Assembly (NCBI GenBank): GCA_051884115.1
Contig: JBJEVA010000098.1
Span: forward strand, 26,975-90,974
Length of the DNA: 64,000 bases
Direction: 5' to 3'
Source of the DNA: Candidatus Coproplasma sp.
GTDB lineage: Bacteria; Bacillota; Clostridia; Christensenellales; Borkfalkiaceae
The position numbers and the translations under genes are program-made. Shown piece after piece: positions 61,951-64,000 of this stretch. Under the pieces are notes generated by a model, which was given only the letters and a program-made list of their open reading frames with translations, did no database searches and was not told the DNA's origin. Within the stretch, counting starts at the first letter, position 1, and each line of letters starts with the position of its first letter.

Positions 61951-63438
61951 TTGAAAGCAATTAAAGGCAAACCCTTTTTTGCAGGCATACACGTTAAAGA
62001 TATGAAGTATCTTGCGTGCGATAAGGCAACGGAAATTATGCCGAAACCTACAGAAGCGTATATTTCGCTTTCGCAAAGTTTGGGCAGACCTGCCGAACCC
62101 TGCGTTGAAAAAGGGCAGAAAGTTAAGGAGGGTGAGATTATCGCCAAGGCGAGCGGTCCCATATCCTCCGACGTATTTGCAAGTATCAGCGGTGAAGTAA
62201 CGGATATTAAACCGTTAGTCGGCGCAAACGGCGGTACGGAGACCTATATTGTGATAAAAGGGGACGACAGCGACGAAAAGGCTTACTTCCCTCCCTTATC
62301 CGACCCCGACGAAGAGGCAATCAAAAAGAGAATTAAAGATTGCGGTATCGTAGGACTTGGCGGTGCCGGTTTCCCCACGGCGGTCAAGGTTTTACCTAAA
62401 ACTTCCGTCGATACCCTCGTTTTAAACGGCGCAGAGTGCGAACCCTACCTCACCTGCGACCACAGGCTTATGCTTGAACACACAGACGAGATTGTAAGGG
62501 GCGCACGGCTAATTGCCAAAGCTCTTACCGTAAGTAAAATTTACATCGGTATCGAAGCTAATAAGCCCGACTGCATTTCGGCTTTTGAAAAGTACGAGGA
62601 TATTCAGCCCGTAATTTTGAAAAAGCAGTACCCTATGGGAAGCGAAAAGCACTTAATCTACGTATGCACAGGCAGAAAGGTGGGCATTGGTAAACTGCCT
62701 GCCGACAGCGGTGTCGTCGTTCAGAACGTGGCTACCGCCTTTGCCGTGTGCGAAGCCGTTGAAAAGGGCAAGCCCCTTTACGAGAGAATTTTAACAGTTT
62801 CGGGCGGTGCCGTTAAAGAACCTAAAAACCTTTGGGTAAGGGTCGGAACCCCCGTTAAAGCCATTGTAGATTACTGCGGAGGAGAGTCCGTTGAGCCTAC
62901 TAAGGTCGTTCAGGGCGGTCCGATGACGGGCGTTGCGCTTGCAACCTACGACGTATATACCCATAAGACGACCTCGGGCGTACTTTTAATGACGGATAAG
63001 GAAGCCGGTGCGGTGGAACCTACCCCCTGCCTTAACTGCGGTAAGTGCGCCGACATATGCCCTATGCATCTAATGCCTATGCAGACGGCGTTCTACGCTT
63101 CCGCAGGGGATTACGACTCGGCGTCTAAATACGGCAACACCCTCTCCTGCATAGAGTGCGGTGCGTGCGAATACACCTGCCCTGCTAAACGCCCCTTAAT
63201 TCAGGCAATCAGAAAGACCAAGGCAGAGATGAGAGCTAAGCAGACGAAGAGTGCGCCTGCGCCTATCGTTAAACCTGCCGATATGAAGGGCAAGAGCGCG
63301 CCTTCCGTTACACCCGAACAAAAACCCACGGGTGAGTACGTCGATAAGAGCGACGCAAGCAAACAAATTATCAAAGAGGCGTCTCCTACTGAAAATAAGG
63401 AGCCGACAGCTACGGAGAATAAGGAGGAAAAGAAATGA
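61951..63438 (+). CDS. rnfC: Rnf electron transport complex subunit C
   Basis: GLGGAGFPT, two CxxCxxCxxxCP ferredoxin motifs (CLNCGKCADICP, CIECGACEYTCP); TTG start behind AGGAGGA; Lys/Pro/Glu-rich C-terminal tail. Confidence 0.9.
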   Translation: MKAIKGKPFFAGIHVKDMKYLACDKATEIMPKPTEAYISLSQSLGRPAEPCVEKGQKVKEGEIIAKASGPISSDVFASISGEVTDIKPLVGANGGTETYIVIKGDDSDEKAYFPPLSDPDEEAIKKRIKDCGIVGLGGAGFPTAVKVLPKTSVDTLVLNGAECEPYLTCDHRLMLEHTDEIVRGARLIAKALTVSKIYIGIEANKPDCISAFEKYEDIQPVILKKQYPMGSEKHLIYVCTGRKVGIGKLPADSGVVVQNVATAFAVCEAVEKGKPLYERILTVSGGAVKEPKNLWVRVGTPVKAIVDYCGGESVEPTKVVQGGPMTGVALATYDVYTHKTTSGVLLMTDKEAGAVEPTPCLNCGKCADICPMHLMPMQTAFYASAGDYDSASKYGNTLSCIECGACEYTCPAKRPLIQAIRKTKAEMRAKQTKSAPAPIVKPADMKGKSAPSVTPEQKPTGEYVDKSDASKQIIKEASPTENKEPTATENKEEKK

Positions 63439-64000
63439 ATAACAAAATAGTTATTTCCACCCCTCCCCACGTTAAATCGGCAAGAACGACTAAGGGAATA
63501 ATGCTTGACGTTATTATTTCCTTACTCCCTGCAACAATTATGGGAATTGTGTTCTTCCATTGGGACGCGGTAATTTTGGTAGCCTCCTGCATACTTTCTG
63601 CAGTGGCAACAGAGTTTGTGTATTACTTTATAGCTAACGGCGGTTTTGCAAACAAGTGCAAAGAAAGCGGACAAGTCTGCAAAAAATGGTTAAAGCAGTT
63701 TGACTTAACTTCCATCGTTACGGGACTTATACTTGCCTTAATCCTTCCCCCGACGGCTACTTGGTACCACGCGTTGTTCGGTTCGGTGTTCGCTATCTCC
63801 ATTGTTAAAATGGTGTTCGGCGGTACGGGCAAAAACCTTGTTAACCCCGCGGCCGCAGGCAGAGTATTTATTTTGATAAGCTTCCAGGTAGTTACCTACA
63901 CGGCTTGCAAAATTGCGCCTATCAGCCCCGACAGCGTTATATCTACGGGTGCAACCCATCTTTCGGGCTATCTGCTCAGCGGAAACGGAGCTACTCACCT
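63435..64000 (+). CDS. rnfD: Rnf complex subunit D (NqrB/RnfD family), N-terminal part; the gene runs off the window end
   Basis: My own translation from the ATG at 63435 (ATGA overlap with the rnfC stop) gives MNNKIVISTPPHVKSARTTKGIMLDVIISLLPA...FGGTGKNLVNPAAAGRVF. Confidence 0.85.
   Translation, partial: MNNKIVISTPPHVKSARTTKGIMLDVIISLLPATIMGIVFFHWDAVILVASCILSAVATEFVYYFIANGGFANKCKESGQVCKKWLKQFDLTSIVTGLILALILPPTATWYHALFGSVFAISIVKMVFGGTGKNLVNPAAAGRVFILISFQVVTYTACKIAPISPDSVISTGATHLSGYLLSGNGATH

Noticed and set aside
1-64000. A search for mobile elements, prophage genes, toxin-antitoxin pairs, CRISPR, tRNA and rRNA.
   Set aside because: I saw no transposase, integrase or recombinase-like translations, no terminal inverted repeats flanking the 29-41 kb island, and no cloverleaf-like GC-rich segments in the intergenic regions.

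Overview
This is a 64-kb chromosomal window from a moderately low-GC, spore-forming Firmicute that looks like a member of the Clostridia. Supporting genes are spoVAD/spoVAEB, yqfC/yqfD, ylbJ, mcsA-mcsB-clpC, the rnf genes and ppdK. I support about 57 protein genes, mostly on the minus strand. I saw no rRNA, tRNA, CRISPR array, transposase or integrase. Most of the window is conserved housekeeping synteny: rarA; patatin; ylbJ; a tightly overlapping alr-MTHFS-membrane-rsmD-coaD-DAHP synthase-pheA string; birA-like/bioY; fruK; spoVAD-AEB; mcsA-mcsB-clpC; a NifU-like/GGGtGRT pair; bcp; ppdK; the yqfC-yqfD-phoH-pgpH-ybeY-era-yqzL-recO block; citrate synthase; tig-clpP-clpX-lon-engB; rqcH; an M18 aminopeptidase; and rnfC-rnfD. 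The clear exception is a ~12-kb accessory island at 29.0-40.9 kb. It encodes a 2,955-aa lipoprotein built from ~223-aa tandem modules, a 49-aa micro-ORF, and an 860-aa paralogue that shares the same C-terminal module. A MinD-like gene with both P-loop lysines replaced, plus a short MinE-like ORF, lies directly beside the island. Other loci worth a second look: (1) a four-gene sigma-factor module with two shortened GHKL anti-sigma-like proteins; (2) a truncated, motif-degenerate BirA with a clear operator over the bioY promoter; (3) a recurring -10 box-N6/7-ATG geometry that suggests leaderless mRNAs; (4) a dispersed GGGATTGCYACG...CTCGCAATGACGA element; and (5) a GC-rich intergenic cluster of covarying hairpins. 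All calls come from reading the sequence and translations; no database search was possible.
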